Source: a virus
Lineage: Duplodnaviria; Caudoviricetes
IMG/VR virus record: IMGVR_UViG_3300032291_002473
Location: 1-58,652 of that record
DNA: 58,652 nucleotides
Strand: one strand, 5' to 3'
A program made the translations under genes and the position numbers. Below the pieces are notes generated by a model. The model was given only the letters and a program-made list of their open reading frames with translations. It was not told the DNA's origin and did not search any database. Of the stretch, positions 32,201 through 40,979 are shown piece after piece (position 1 is the first letter of the stretch; each line of letters opens with the position of its first letter).

Positions 32201-35200
32201 TGTAGCAGATCAAATATATGATGATAAAGGTGTTGAAAAAATATTAAAATCTGATATTAAGTTTACGCCTAATACTATATACCTTGCTAACTTAAAGAAT
32301 GTTACAGCAGTACCAACTAAGTATAAAGGTAAAACTGTATTCTCAACTCAGTTAAGAAAACTTATACTTGAAGGTTTATACCAAGATGGAGAACTAGTAA
32401 ATAAAGATTATGCACCATATGTTAAAGCATATGAAACTGCTATTAAGGATTACACTAATTTACTTAAAACAGAATTACTTGAAGAGATTGGGTATGAAAA
32501 AGTAGATGGTAAATATGTAAGTGGAGACCTTACTAAATTCATGGATGTAGTTCAAAGAGAGCTAGAGAGAAAGGATTTACCAGAACACTTAATTAAGTAT
32601 ATTCAAGTAGGTAAGGATAATAAGATCACAAAAGATTTGTCTTTACACTTATTAGCTGATGATATTGAAAAAATATTAGTATCACTTGTTGAAAAAAGAA
32701 TTGTAAAACAAAAAGTAAAAGGTGAAGCATTAGTACAAGTAGCAAGTTCTATGTCTAATGGATTATGGGATTCAGGTTTTAAATTTGATAAAGCAGAAAC
32801 TAAAGACATTGAAAAATACTTAGGTAGTAATAACTTGCCTTTTTACTATCCTGGTGAAGATGGTAAAACAACTGCAATGAAAGTTGCTATTGCATTACAA
32901 GGTGATTTTAAAAATCTCTTAAAGCTTAACCATAATGATAAACAACCTATTGGTACAAGAGAGAGATTAAATGAGATGATCAAGAATGATGAGTGGTTGA
33001 GTAAAGGTAATAACCGTAAAGCAATCACTATGACAGCTGTAAGGATTCCAGTACAAGGATTAAACTCTATGGAGTTTATGGAAGTGTATGAGTTCTTAGA
33101 TCCATCTGCAGGTAATATCATTATTCCTCCATCAGAAATTGTTGCTAAGTCAGGTGCCGATTTTGACGTTGATAAGCTTACTACATTCATGCCTAATATA
33201 GATGCAATGGGTCACTATATAGAAACAAGCATGGATGCTAAAAAATTAGAGAGTCAAATAAATGCTGCTAAGAAAGAAGGTGATAAAAGTGAAATGAAAA
33301 GATTAATTAAAATGCAAAAAGCTGCATTAGAAAATAGATTAATTGATTCAATTAGAGGTATCCTTGAGTTACCAGATAACTATTCTACATTAGTGAGACC
33401 AAATGACACTTACTTATTAAAAGATATAGCTGTTGATCTTGTTAATTCATCTCCTGAATATAAAGAGTTTAAAAAGATTAGTCCAACAAATGTATTTGAA
33501 GTAGGTTATAACTTACACAAACATGAGGCTAATATGATTGGTAAAGATGTATTAGGTATTATTGCTCTTGAGAATGCATTACATCCATTATTTACATCAT
33601 TAGGTGCTGCTCTTCCAAAAACATATAAGCATCAAACATGGGATGATGAGAATAACAGATATGTTGAAGTACCAGAGATAGACTATGAAATGAGATTATT
33701 ACTTAATCATAATAAAACAGATGATGGTAAAATATCTTTAGCAAAGATTAACAGTGTAGACAACCAAGATAAGATTGCCGATTTAATATCTCACTTGATG
33801 AATGGATCTGTGGATGTTGAGAAAGATGCATGGATATTCTTTATTCAAGCTAATACAGAAATAGTACCTGTATTGCTTTCATTATTAAAAGCAGGTGTAC
33901 CTAAAAAAGAAGCTATCTACTTTGTGTCTCAACCTTTAGTAAAAGAGTATGCAAGACAACAAAGATTGATAAGTAGTGCATTTGCTAATGTAACTGAAAA
34001 CGGTGTACTAGCAAATGAAAATGAAAAATATAAAGCATTGCAAAATACATTAGCTAAAACATCATTAAATGAAGCTTTTGTAGAAACTACTTATCCAAGC
34101 TTATTAAAAGATGCAAATAAGTTAAAAATGTTAGATGCTGTTAAAGCTACTAAAGAAAATGTAAAAGTTAAATTTAAGGATAATAGTTTTAAAGTTTTTG
34201 CACCAAAAGAATTACTAAAAGCAATTGATAATAAAACTATTAATAAGGATAACATATCTGATATATTTTATGAAAAACCAAAATATAAATTAGATGAAGA
34301 GGGTAACCCTGTATATAATGATTATGGTCAAAAAGTTCAAATACGTTTATATAAAAAGGTTAGCCCATCTCATTTACTTTCAAATGATAACTGGTATTAT
34401 GTTACACAATTATTAACTAAAGATGTTAATAAATTTAGTGAAGCTGAATTAAAAGCAAATATTGATAATGAGGATTTTAACAGTGACTCTGCAATAAAAG
34501 CTTTCTTGCATTTTATTGAATTTGAGAAAGAGATAAAAGGCTTATCTAATTTAAAAAGACAAGCTAATCCTGATACTAAGACTTCAAAAACAATACAAGA
34601 AGTAACACAAAAAACTTTATCACTTGAAGAAGCTGCAGATTCATCTAAGATAGAACCTGAATTAGCAAGAAAGCTTCAAGAGGAATCTATATTAGGTACA
34701 TTCTTTGATAAAATGATTATTACAGATGCTGTATCACCTTTGTTTAATCTAACAAATAATAAAATTGTATCTGATCACATGGTCAAAACTATTACAAGAA
34801 ATGGTGGTAAGATAACTACTAAATTTGGTGAAGGTAAAGATGGTGTTGAAGCATACATAACTGCATACAAAAATGCAATAGTAAATTACATCTATCAGAA
34901 TAAATTAAATAATATTATTTCAACTGAGGAATCTTTCCCAGGAATACCAGAATCATTTACAGATATAGACTCAAAAGAGTATATTGAAAAATTTATGGTA
35001 ATGTTGAGTGAGCATTCTCACTTAAAAGAATTGTATCCTATACTTGAACAAATTACTGATATACCAGTAAGAACTAAGAAAAAAACTGCTTTTGGTACAG
35101 AACCTGCGTATACAACAACATTAACATTAAATAATAAATCTGCTGTTAAAGGTGCATTAGCTGAAGCTTATCACCAAAACTTGCTTGATCTTGCTGATGA

Positions 35201-37253
35201 TAATGTTATTAAAGTAAAAGACCCAGAGCAAAACAAAGAGATATCAGATATGTTTAAAATGCTACCTCTTATGTCTATTTTACAAAATGGAGTAGGTAGT
35301 ACTAAATATGGTTTAAGTTATGTTTTACCTGATACTACATTCTTTGAAATAATAGAACCTGCATCAAGAGAATTCTTAGCTTTAGATACTGAGATAAAAG
35401 ATAAAACATTAGATATAATAGATAATTTATTATTTGAAAATGGTGTTGGTGAAAATAATTATATTCTATCAAGAGCTTCACGTAAAGCTTCTGAGTTAAC
35501 AGATATAGATGTTGATGTAGAAGTTGAAGATGAAGAATATGTACCTAAAGGTGTAGTATCTGCAGGTGTTCAAGGTATGACTTTTGGTGCTAAACCTACT
35601 CAACCTTCTACTAGTGTTGATAGTAATGATATATATTCTCAATTAGAAAATAAAAATGTAGTTATTTCTAACATTAAAACTAAAGATGGTAAATATGATA
35701 GGGATGCTAATATAAAAGAAGCAAAAGCTAACAATAGAGTTTATACTATGGAAGTGGTTAGTGATGTAAATAGCTTTAGTAATCCTTGGGCTCATTTTAT
35801 TAGAACAGGTACTATAAAAACTAATACTACTAAAGAAGCAGTTATAAATTATATTGATTGGTTAACTACTGATAAATTTAAAGATGTTAAACCAAAAAGA
35901 AAAGCATTTATTCTAGATGTTTTAAAATCAGGTAAATTAAAAGGAAGACAACTGCAATATTATGCAGAACTTGGAGAACCGTCTCATGCTATAGCTTTAG
36001 ATTATTTAATTAATAAATATGATTGGGGGACACCATCTACTCAATCATCTACTAATGTTGAAGCTAAACAAGAAAGAATAAAAAAAGTAATTCCAAATAC
36101 TATAGTTGATAAATTAGAGGGTTATACATTTAATTTACAAGAACTAAATAATGTTAAAAAGATATTTGAAAATACAAATCCATTTAATACAGATCCATTA
36201 GATTCAGAAACTATAAAAGATGGAAGAGTTTTTGAAGATCCAGGTCTTAGAGAGTATGGAATGAGTGATCAACAATATAGTTGGGCAAAAAATAATGAAC
36301 CTATATTGAGTAAACTTAATGAACTATTATACACTGATGAGTACTCAGCAGTAAATTTTGAGGACTTAGTCTCTATGTTAATTGATGATAATACAAAGTT
36401 AGTAGATACTGCACAGACTAGTTTATTTGATGATGAATCTATTCAACAACAAGCTCCACTAAGTGAAGTTAAAGAAGATGTAGAAGATACACAATCTAAT
36501 AATACAATAACTTATAAACCTATAGGTAAAGAAACTCAAACATATACTGTTGAAAATGGTAGTATCTTTAATAAAAATGGTGATGAAGTATTTAAAGAAG
36601 CTAGTGTAGATAGAAATAAAATCCTTGCTAACCTTGCAGTAAAACAAGGTAGAGCAGTTGTAGTAGAATACAGAACATATACAAATAAAGAAGGTGTTGA
36701 AGTACCTGCTAAATACGTTGTTAATAATAAAGATGTAATTATATCTGGTATAACAGGTAAAGTGATGCAGCGGGATGAAAGTAACCGTGATAGAAAAGCT
36801 ATTATTGCATTGGCAAAAATTGCATTTGCTGAAGTTGGTCCTGAAGAACCACAGATAAATTCAGACATGGAAGCATTTAATGCTGAAGTATCTAAAAATC
36901 AAGGTAAATTACCTAAAGAGTTTACAGTTGGTCAAAGAACTTGGGTATTAAATAATATGAAGCTTTATGATTTAGTAGATAAAGCTTCAGGTAAAATGTT
37001 TCTTAAAAATATGAATATGTTTACTGGTAACATATCACAAGAAATCACATTAGAAAAACCGGTTAATAGAAAACAATTATATAACTTTGCTAAACAATTA
37101 GCAAGTGGTGTAAAAGAATATAAATTAGATCAGTTACTTGCAGTTAAAGGAATAAGTGTTGATGATATAATTAATGATATTAGTAATAATAAAATCACAA
37201 CTCAGAGTCAATTAAATGATAAAATTAATGAAATACTTAAAGCAATATGTTAA
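26211..37253 (+). CDS. Virion-packaged single-chain DNA-dependent RNA polymerase (crAss-like two-barrel RNAP) with zincin and accessory domains
   Basis: 3680 aa. DGQG (31836-31847), RIP (~33042) and catalytic-type GADFDVDKL (DFDVD 33159-33173), like the DFDID motif of crAss-like RNAPs. HEAWH at 28698-28712. Confidence 0.88.
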   Translation: MNITCALSSGQIKGLFQYVYKTMTESLAGDAVFNADEVMKKLFDKIEKTKDADTAAKFLQIVPQMIGTASYQTGLLDLEFDPKSNPRKLAQKFMNSETGLLDVLQYFKPKDVIKELKNEVSIKNNSVNSPEYSDTETFPASPRFKPSSAFTTTMQQFISKKPTGQLMVEEIDPNRVRIYNTLEKLKVVFNRKDNSVLGTTYQGRVLKLKGVRLDSVAASLDKTTADLLFKGNTFGKKGGENYLKDAIILMVTDEYGTPINFNEEGDIASKEEGGKPVYQFLRNVTVDKETGDYTIKDIYGKEERIQSVEDMLGNYAFRAYKITSLDEFKEYLKEQGENYDDLYNLFKERQQKEFKALLDIHKEILKEKAKLFDIMDISTGVPDYFTGGDMPLNDFLKLTDNLNADYSFETLTAGRDGIGSGQTVIVINGHEVPVDRKNMSADLIEKIAEVLTNPNIPDNRKYIYYDYFSHNNINKKDKKLFVVYDPVDGLKVSYKEDAKNPEKSILDLTNKEIAKKIIIDSLSFERGTVSKPYSANMKINSQLLESAIPFFDYDITTGKFFESNYRDFLFKINPTIKFVAGEDPGIYNSYFAFRVNDKLSKELKKAEEKVQEKKYTTDSQIRQNKDALVLKLAENQNISGTVTDGLTASTFIIQVDGITVEGRFEEGLSITSVPKNKIVTFSVGDKIEDGKLITDVISILAGNKKIGQVSETDYAKEEPRTYQDAKIADEKVINPVGVPQPSDKKSKASGISKLWDRTSKLPSDITREEVDAAQEWWENSPLSKFIELEHMANIVNSDVYARFIIAGKRLEDTKIQLDTATGGSAVDLYHEAWHAFSQLYLTKEQKTKLYDETRKRLNNNDLTTLEVEEIIAEDFRTYAKNPKPTGDAPVRNTIFRRIWNFIKKLFGQRTTKDELFEKLFFAGKNPKLLNKYTPLVDNAMFDMLNRDRGILNVETKELALNFQDSMVVASQIDSALSELIDEIYTDRVQREKEGDVDKNNVPIKATRNGTISLLTNDKHKAVAYETIYGRFEDNLAYFQDQLDTADEDDYNKVTLLTDKVRILKAALENWGDSNSGVVKFHIDNSTFDLIKQKYIEIEAEDELSEDDDNSAPEKAEESEKFADKKVGDKSLLQLAEKETLYIIKSLFKVVDGKQVTGKLGFPELADFSKTWNIITKVIGGEKDPVKMYEKLNEGMQSFPELRQLIENKIPDPREVHNIEEFNIKAAFWQDFKKTKLKYLQLTVDDQDGKGYSSEVTEASIEFTNIINKFNSEFKASPKTTYINKTADNKSILNLDRVVADFDGKTFDSKKSIEFARSIGINLQDLSALKKQLDSHKNYYSMNHLFDVVKAIHKISKDPNASSEHKKFIQKFLSNPVGALYGQIPEGIHKKTTSEKNIIQRLAKLQSAYGTNYSSFSVLNPEKNLVNEFIEDNTVSMIVDALNNVTEGKDLWTGDAYQYMSYLNPEINGFTLQSQILKNIFKFEGNTLGKRISDNKLDLVMVAGTQIVDEKGANTTSLDVQSKYIQELNTMLKGGIIEFMRHASKSSSFGMRLSNNIAGGMDKTEKTNLYVDIDMFGPNGIADRYAVDEIFTGYIQAELIRIQKFKGNKELFKQYNGYNRNVGTKENPIYAGEQFTAFDNILKDFTTTINGEEKTMDLKQYLIDNVKDGDLKNYLKSNPEIKKVITEQVTEYFNSQTDKNYDKFSEAPFYDPALMNKLNVFTTLEEEEKHKLLVKAYTMNAWIHNFETASLVYGDIAQYNHAKQELHKRNTGSTSGGRGFMDDVYTQNFLQSDLIKKTSYGHKLANKVGYGKGYNSFNYTNTYNTAILQDVSRDSVYVKHIEKALRDDYTKRGVSKAEIEKRIAKEIDTYKKMEEGDGQGFITIDAYRNLRLAESNWSAEQENLFQDIINDKPIKAEDIVRFFPVYKLQHFGHLANTQLPVNAMHKFALMPLIPSVIKGSDLESLHHQMMKSNIQYATFQTGSKVGSITSELDENGKAVADQIYDDKGVEKILKSDIKFTPNTIYLANLKNVTAVPTKYKGKTVFSTQLRKLILEGLYQDGELVNKDYAPYVKAYETAIKDYTNLLKTELLEEIGYEKVDGKYVSGDLTKFMDVVQRELERKDLPEHLIKYIQVGKDNKITKDLSLHLLADDIEKILVSLVEKRIVKQKVKGEALVQVASSMSNGLWDSGFKFDKAETKDIEKYLGSNNLPFYYPGEDGKTTAMKVAIALQGDFKNLLKLNHNDKQPIGTRERLNEMIKNDEWLSKGNNRKAITMTAVRIPVQGLNSMEFMEVYEFLDPSAGNIIIPPSEIVAKSGADFDVDKLTTFMPNIDAMGHYIETSMDAKKLESQINAAKKEGDKSEMKRLIKMQKAALENRLIDSIRGILELPDNYSTLVRPNDTYLLKDIAVDLVNSSPEYKEFKKISPTNVFEVGYNLHKHEANMIGKDVLGIIALENALHPLFTSLGAALPKTYKHQTWDDENNRYVEVPEIDYEMRLLLNHNKTDDGKISLAKINSVDNQDKIADLISHLMNGSVDVEKDAWIFFIQANTEIVPVLLSLLKAGVPKKEAIYFVSQPLVKEYARQQRLISSAFANVTENGVLANENEKYKALQNTLAKTSLNEAFVETTYPSLLKDANKLKMLDAVKATKENVKVKFKDNSFKVFAPKELLKAIDNKTINKDNISDIFYEKPKYKLDEEGNPVYNDYGQKVQIRLYKKVSPSHLLSNDNWYYVTQLLTKDVNKFSEAELKANIDNEDFNSDSAIKAFLHFIEFEKEIKGLSNLKRQANPDTKTSKTIQEVTQKTLSLEEAADSSKIEPELARKLQEESILGTFFDKMIITDAVSPLFNLTNNKIVSDHMVKTITRNGGKITTKFGEGKDGVEAYITAYKNAIVNYIYQNKLNNIISTEESFPGIPESFTDIDSKEYIEKFMVMLSEHSHLKELYPILEQITDIPVRTKKKTAFGTEPAYTTTLTLNNKSAVKGALAEAYHQNLLDLADDNVIKVKDPEQNKEISDMFKMLPLMSILQNGVGSTKYGLSYVLPDTTFFEIIEPASREFLALDTEIKDKTLDIIDNLLFENGVGENNYILSRASRKASELTDIDVDVEVEDEEYVPKGVVSAGVQGMTFGAKPTQPSTSVDSNDIYSQLENKNVVISNIKTKDGKYDRDANIKEAKANNRVYTMEVVSDVNSFSNPWAHFIRTGTIKTNTTKEAVINYIDWLTTDKFKDVKPKRKAFILDVLKSGKLKGRQLQYYAELGEPSHAIALDYLINKYDWGTPSTQSSTNVEAKQERIKKVIPNTIVDKLEGYTFNLQELNNVKKIFENTNPFNTDPLDSETIKDGRVFEDPGLREYGMSDQQYSWAKNNEPILSKLNELLYTDEYSAVNFEDLVSMLIDDNTKLVDTAQTSLFDDESIQQQAPLSEVKEDVEDTQSNNTITYKPIGKETQTYTVENGSIFNKNGDEVFKEASVDRNKILANLAVKQGRAVVVEYRTYTNKEGVEVPAKYVVNNKDVIISGITGKVMQRDESNRDRKAIIALAKIAFAEVGPEEPQINSDMEAFNAEVSKNQGKLPKEFTVGQRTWVLNNMKLYDLVDKASGKMFLKNMNMFTGNISQEITLEKPVNRKQLYNFAKQLASGVKEYKLDQLLAVKGISVDDIINDISNNKITTQSQLNDKINEILKAIC
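35596..36061 (+). repeat. Imperfect 25-nt direct repeat pair flanking an in-frame domain cassette
   Basis: CTACTCAACCTTCTACTAGTGTTGA (35596-35620) vs CTACTCAATCATCTACTAATGTTGA (36037-36061): 22/25 identical, 441 nt apart, encoding TQPSTSV and TQSSTNV. Confidence 0.75.
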
Positions 37254-40200
37254 CGTGCCCAATTAAAACTAGTCAAGAGTATCAGGATATTCTTAAAGAA
37301 GCTAACGGTAATAAAGAAAGAGCCCTTGAACTATGGACAGAACGCGGGTATAATTATGATGCAGATTTAAATGAGTATAAAGAAACTGAACCTGCAACAG
37401 GTGTGGATCCAGAAGATACTAGGGATGATAAATTGTCATCTCTAGTAGATAGAATGCGTCTATATGTAAGTAAAGAGATAAAAATGTTTGAGGGTAGAAA
37501 AGTTAAAGATCAGGAGGTTTTTAAAAAGAAAAAGGAAAAACTACTTGAGACTCTAAAAGCATTAGATGGTGTTGACTCAATTAATATGTTTGTTAAAGAT
37601 GCCTATGAACAAGCTCAACATGCTAAAAAAAGATTTGATTTAATCTTGAGTAATATTGGTACTGAAGATGGTAAAGATATATTAAATGAATTAGCATCAA
37701 TTAATGAGTTTGCTAATGGATACTCTATATTAGATGAGATAAGTAAACAAGATGTATATGATTTTTTCTCAGCTGGAAAAGATGAAAGAGATTCTGACAC
37801 AAATATGACTGCACAGGACATGCTTTCAGATGCTGTTACAATAAGAGATAATATTAAAAAGAAATATGTACAAGTTGGTATACCATTAATGGCGGATTGG
37901 TTATTACAGTACCAAGCAGAAGGCATTGAAGAAAAAGTGTTGCCACATCTTGAAACATTAAAACAAAGACTAGATGAAGTTAAGGCTTCTAATACTTTAT
38001 CTGAAAAGAAAAAAGAAAAAGAGATTAGTAAACTAGAAGATGCAATCAATACATGGCAAAATTTTTCATTAGATAAAAAATCTCTTGTAGAATTATTAAC
38101 TAAAGCAAGTCAAGATGAAGGTGTGATAGATTTTTTAATTAGTCCATTGATATCATCCAATGATCAGTCACTTGGATTATTTGCAAGAGCTGTTAAAACA
38201 GAATTAGAAATTGCTAGGCTTACAGATGTTGACGTTAAAAGATTAGCAAGTGAGGAGTTTGAAAAATATAAAGACACTCAATCTGCTAGTCAAAATAATC
38301 CAGCAAAATTTAATGAAGGTTTATATGAGTTTTTAGATTTTACTAAAGAAAATAGTGATGGTACTGTTGAAGTAACAAAGAGAGCAGCCTTTGTACAGAA
38401 ACATGATATAAACTACTTTAAAAGTGAGTTAAGCAAAATGAAAAAATCACTTGCTGGTTTATCAGATACTGAACAAAAAAGAATTAAAAATCAATGGTAT
38501 AAGGATAATACTAATGCAAAAAGTCAAGAAGAGATTGATAAGATTATTGCATCTAAATTAAAATTAAAGAATGCAAAACTATTGACTCAAGATGAATATG
38601 ATGGTTGGTATGACAGTGTCCATTCAGTTGGTAAAGATGGTAAAGTATATTATAAAGGTGAGTTAAGTGAACCATCAATAAAGTATATAAATAAAAACTG
38701 GACTAGCTTATATGACTCAACGGGTAAACCAAAAAATCCAAAAGGTGAGTATCATAAGTATTTAGTTGATATGTATCTTGAAGCACAAGAAAGATTACCA
38801 GATGTACAGAAGAAAGGATATATATTACCATCAATACTTAAGACTGATCTTGAAAGATTTCAGCAAAATGGTGGAAAAGATTTAGCAAAATATAAGTTTA
38901 AAGAAGCAACATCTATTACAACTGATGATGTGGATTATGCATTAGGTGATTTATCTGAACAAGGCACTAAGTTTTTACCTGTAGATTATACACGTAATAT
39001 GGATGCTAAGGATGTAAGTTTAGATTTAGTAAGATCTGTATTAATATTTAACTCAATGTCTAATAAATATGAAGCATTGAATAAGATAGGTAATGAGATT
39101 AATATGTTTAAAACTATTATTGGTGAAAGAGAAGTAACAGCAACCAATTCAAAAGGTAAACCAATCTTTGATGCTTTTGCTAAAAAAATTGGTTTTACTG
39201 AGTTTTTAAGACAGAATGGTGAAAGTTATTCTAAAAGACATGTTGATGCATTTATAGATATGGTTGTATATCAAGAGATGCAAAGAGCTGAAGAAATACT
39301 TGGATTTTCAGGAGGTAAATTAACTAACACTATGATGGGTTTTTCTGCTATTACTTCTATTGCAGCAGATGTATTAAAAGGTGTAGCAAATAATTTACAA
39401 GGTAATATTCAATTAATTATTGAGGCAAACTCAGGTGAATTTTTTTCTGTTAAAAATCTTCATACTGGTAAAAAAGAATTTGCTAAAATTGTACCGGATT
39501 TATTCAGTGACTTTGGAAAATCTTCACCTAAATCATGGGTAGGACAATTAATTGAGGAATTTGATCCAATGCAAGGTGAGTATAAAGATCAGTATGGTAG
39601 AAATGTATCTCAGTCAGCAGTAATTAAATTAATGAGAACTGATACATTATTCTTTAATCAACATTGGGGTGAGTATGAAATACAAGTATCTTCAATGTTT
39701 GCATTAATGGCAGCTACAAAAACAATAGATAAAGCTACTGGAGAAGAAATAACTGTACTTGAAGCATATAAAAAATATGGTTCAAAAGATATTTATACAA
39801 AAACTAATTTTACATCTAAACAAAGATTTGACTTACAGAATAAATTACATGCATTAAGTAAAAGATTACATGGTGTATATAATGATTTTGATAAAGGTAC
39901 TGTGCAAAGATTTTCATTAGGTAGACTTGCATTAATGTATAAAAAACATTTAGTACCAGGATACAAAAGAAGGTTTAAAAAAGCATCAATGGATCAAGAG
40001 TTAGGTAGTCCTGTTGAGGGTTTTTATAGAACCTTTAATTCTACTATGATAAGAGATATAAAACAGATGAAGTTTAATGTAACTAAAAACTGGGCAACCT
40101 ATTCTGATTTTGAAAAAGCACAAATTACAAGAACATTAACTGAATTAACACTTATTATTGCTTTAGGTGGATTAGCAGGAATGTTAGCTTATGCATTTAG

Positions 40201-40546
40201 TGGAGATGATGATGATGATGAAGCTGTAAGAAAAAGTTATGCATATAACTTTGCAATGTATGAGTTAATCAGAATGCGTAGTGAAACTGCAAGTTATATT
40301 TGGATTGGAGATACAATGCGTATTATAAAGTCACCATTAGTAATTACAAGTACACTTGAAAGAACATTACGTCTTGCTAATCAATTATTACCAACTAATA
40401 TTACTGAAACATACAAAAGAGATACTGGTGTTTGGGAAAAAGGAGATAATAAAGCTTGGGCATATTTCTTAAAACTTATGGGTTTTTCAGGAAATAATAT
40501 TGATCCAGGTGAAGCAGTTAAAGGATTTGAAAGTTTAATAAGATAA
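37247..40546 (+). CDS. Large virion cargo/ejection protein with a C-terminal hydrophobic helix
   Basis: 1099 aa, helical, with a hydrophobic LTLIIALGGLAGMLAYAF segment. Overlaps the RNAP stop and is the last gene of the block. Confidence 0.6.
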   Translation: MLTCPIKTSQEYQDILKEANGNKERALELWTERGYNYDADLNEYKETEPATGVDPEDTRDDKLSSLVDRMRLYVSKEIKMFEGRKVKDQEVFKKKKEKLLETLKALDGVDSINMFVKDAYEQAQHAKKRFDLILSNIGTEDGKDILNELASINEFANGYSILDEISKQDVYDFFSAGKDERDSDTNMTAQDMLSDAVTIRDNIKKKYVQVGIPLMADWLLQYQAEGIEEKVLPHLETLKQRLDEVKASNTLSEKKKEKEISKLEDAINTWQNFSLDKKSLVELLTKASQDEGVIDFLISPLISSNDQSLGLFARAVKTELEIARLTDVDVKRLASEEFEKYKDTQSASQNNPAKFNEGLYEFLDFTKENSDGTVEVTKRAAFVQKHDINYFKSELSKMKKSLAGLSDTEQKRIKNQWYKDNTNAKSQEEIDKIIASKLKLKNAKLLTQDEYDGWYDSVHSVGKDGKVYYKGELSEPSIKYINKNWTSLYDSTGKPKNPKGEYHKYLVDMYLEAQERLPDVQKKGYILPSILKTDLERFQQNGGKDLAKYKFKEATSITTDDVDYALGDLSEQGTKFLPVDYTRNMDAKDVSLDLVRSVLIFNSMSNKYEALNKIGNEINMFKTIIGEREVTATNSKGKPIFDAFAKKIGFTEFLRQNGESYSKRHVDAFIDMVVYQEMQRAEEILGFSGGKLTNTMMGFSAITSIAADVLKGVANNLQGNIQLIIEANSGEFFSVKNLHTGKKEFAKIVPDLFSDFGKSSPKSWVGQLIEEFDPMQGEYKDQYGRNVSQSAVIKLMRTDTLFFNQHWGEYEIQVSSMFALMAATKTIDKATGEEITVLEAYKKYGSKDIYTKTNFTSKQRFDLQNKLHALSKRLHGVYNDFDKGTVQRFSLGRLALMYKKHLVPGYKRRFKKASMDQELGSPVEGFYRTFNSTMIRDIKQMKFNVTKNWATYSDFEKAQITRTLTELTLIIALGGLAGMLAYAFSGDDDDDEAVRKSYAYNFAMYELIRMRSETASYIWIGDTMRIIKSPLVITSTLERTLRLANQLLPTNITETYKRDTGVWEKGDNKAWAYFLKLMGFSGNNIDPGEAVKGFESLIR

Positions 40547-40575
40547 AACACTTTTGTTAAACTTAAGACAAGTAG

Positions 40576-40613
40576 AAAAAAAAAGGGAGAACCGTTATGG
40601 CTCTCCCTTTTTT
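40576..40613. terminator. Bidirectional Rho-independent terminator at the convergence of the two gene blocks
   Basis: A9-GGGAG...CTCCC-T6 with A and T tracts on both sides. Confidence 0.85.
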
Positions 40614-40767
40614 ATTTTAAATCTTTAATATTTATATCAGTTAAATCTGATAAGTTTACTTTAAATAAACCTATAAGTTTATTTTTATCTCTAGATACAA
40701 GTACATACTCACCACATCCCGATTTATACTTAATATAAACTGTCTTATTATTATATTTTGCTTTCAT
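40612..40767 (-). CDS. Small hypothetical protein (51 aa; not in ORF track)
   Basis: Manually translated as MKAKYNNKTVYIKYKSGCGEYVLVSRDKNKLIGLFKVNLSDLTDINIKDLK*. ATGA overlap with the upstream gene; ends at the terminator. Confidence 0.55.
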   Translation of the reverse strand: MKAKYNNKTVYIKYKSGCGEYVLVSRDKNKLIGLFKVNLSDLTDINIKDLK

Positions 40768-40979
40768 TCTATTGATACATTATAATCTGAAATATATTCA
40801 TGTAATTTGTCTCTAAATTCTTGTGCTGTATTAGCTTCAACATCATCTTGGCTATACTTAGCAATAGATCTTAAATGCTGATCCATATCCCATACTATAA
40901 GCTTAAACTTATAACCATCAACTGCACTTTTGAAATCTTCTGCCTCTTCAGGTAAATTAAATTTTAATATTGCTTCCAT
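40764..40979 (-). CDS. Hypothetical phage protein
   Basis: 71 aa, MEAILKFNLPEE N-terminus, translationally coupled to both neighbours. Confidence 0.65.
   Translation of the reverse strand: MEAILKFNLPEEAEDFKSAVDGYKFKLIVWDMDQHLRSIAKYSQDDVEANTAQEFRDKLHEYISDYNVSIE

Noticed and set aside
2502-38049. Many short minus-strand ORFs inside the + strand structural genes (e.g. 20709-21344, 30629-31030, 37615-38049)
   Set aside because: They are antisense shadows of long ORFs, are S/L/F-rich, and have no motifs or expression signals.
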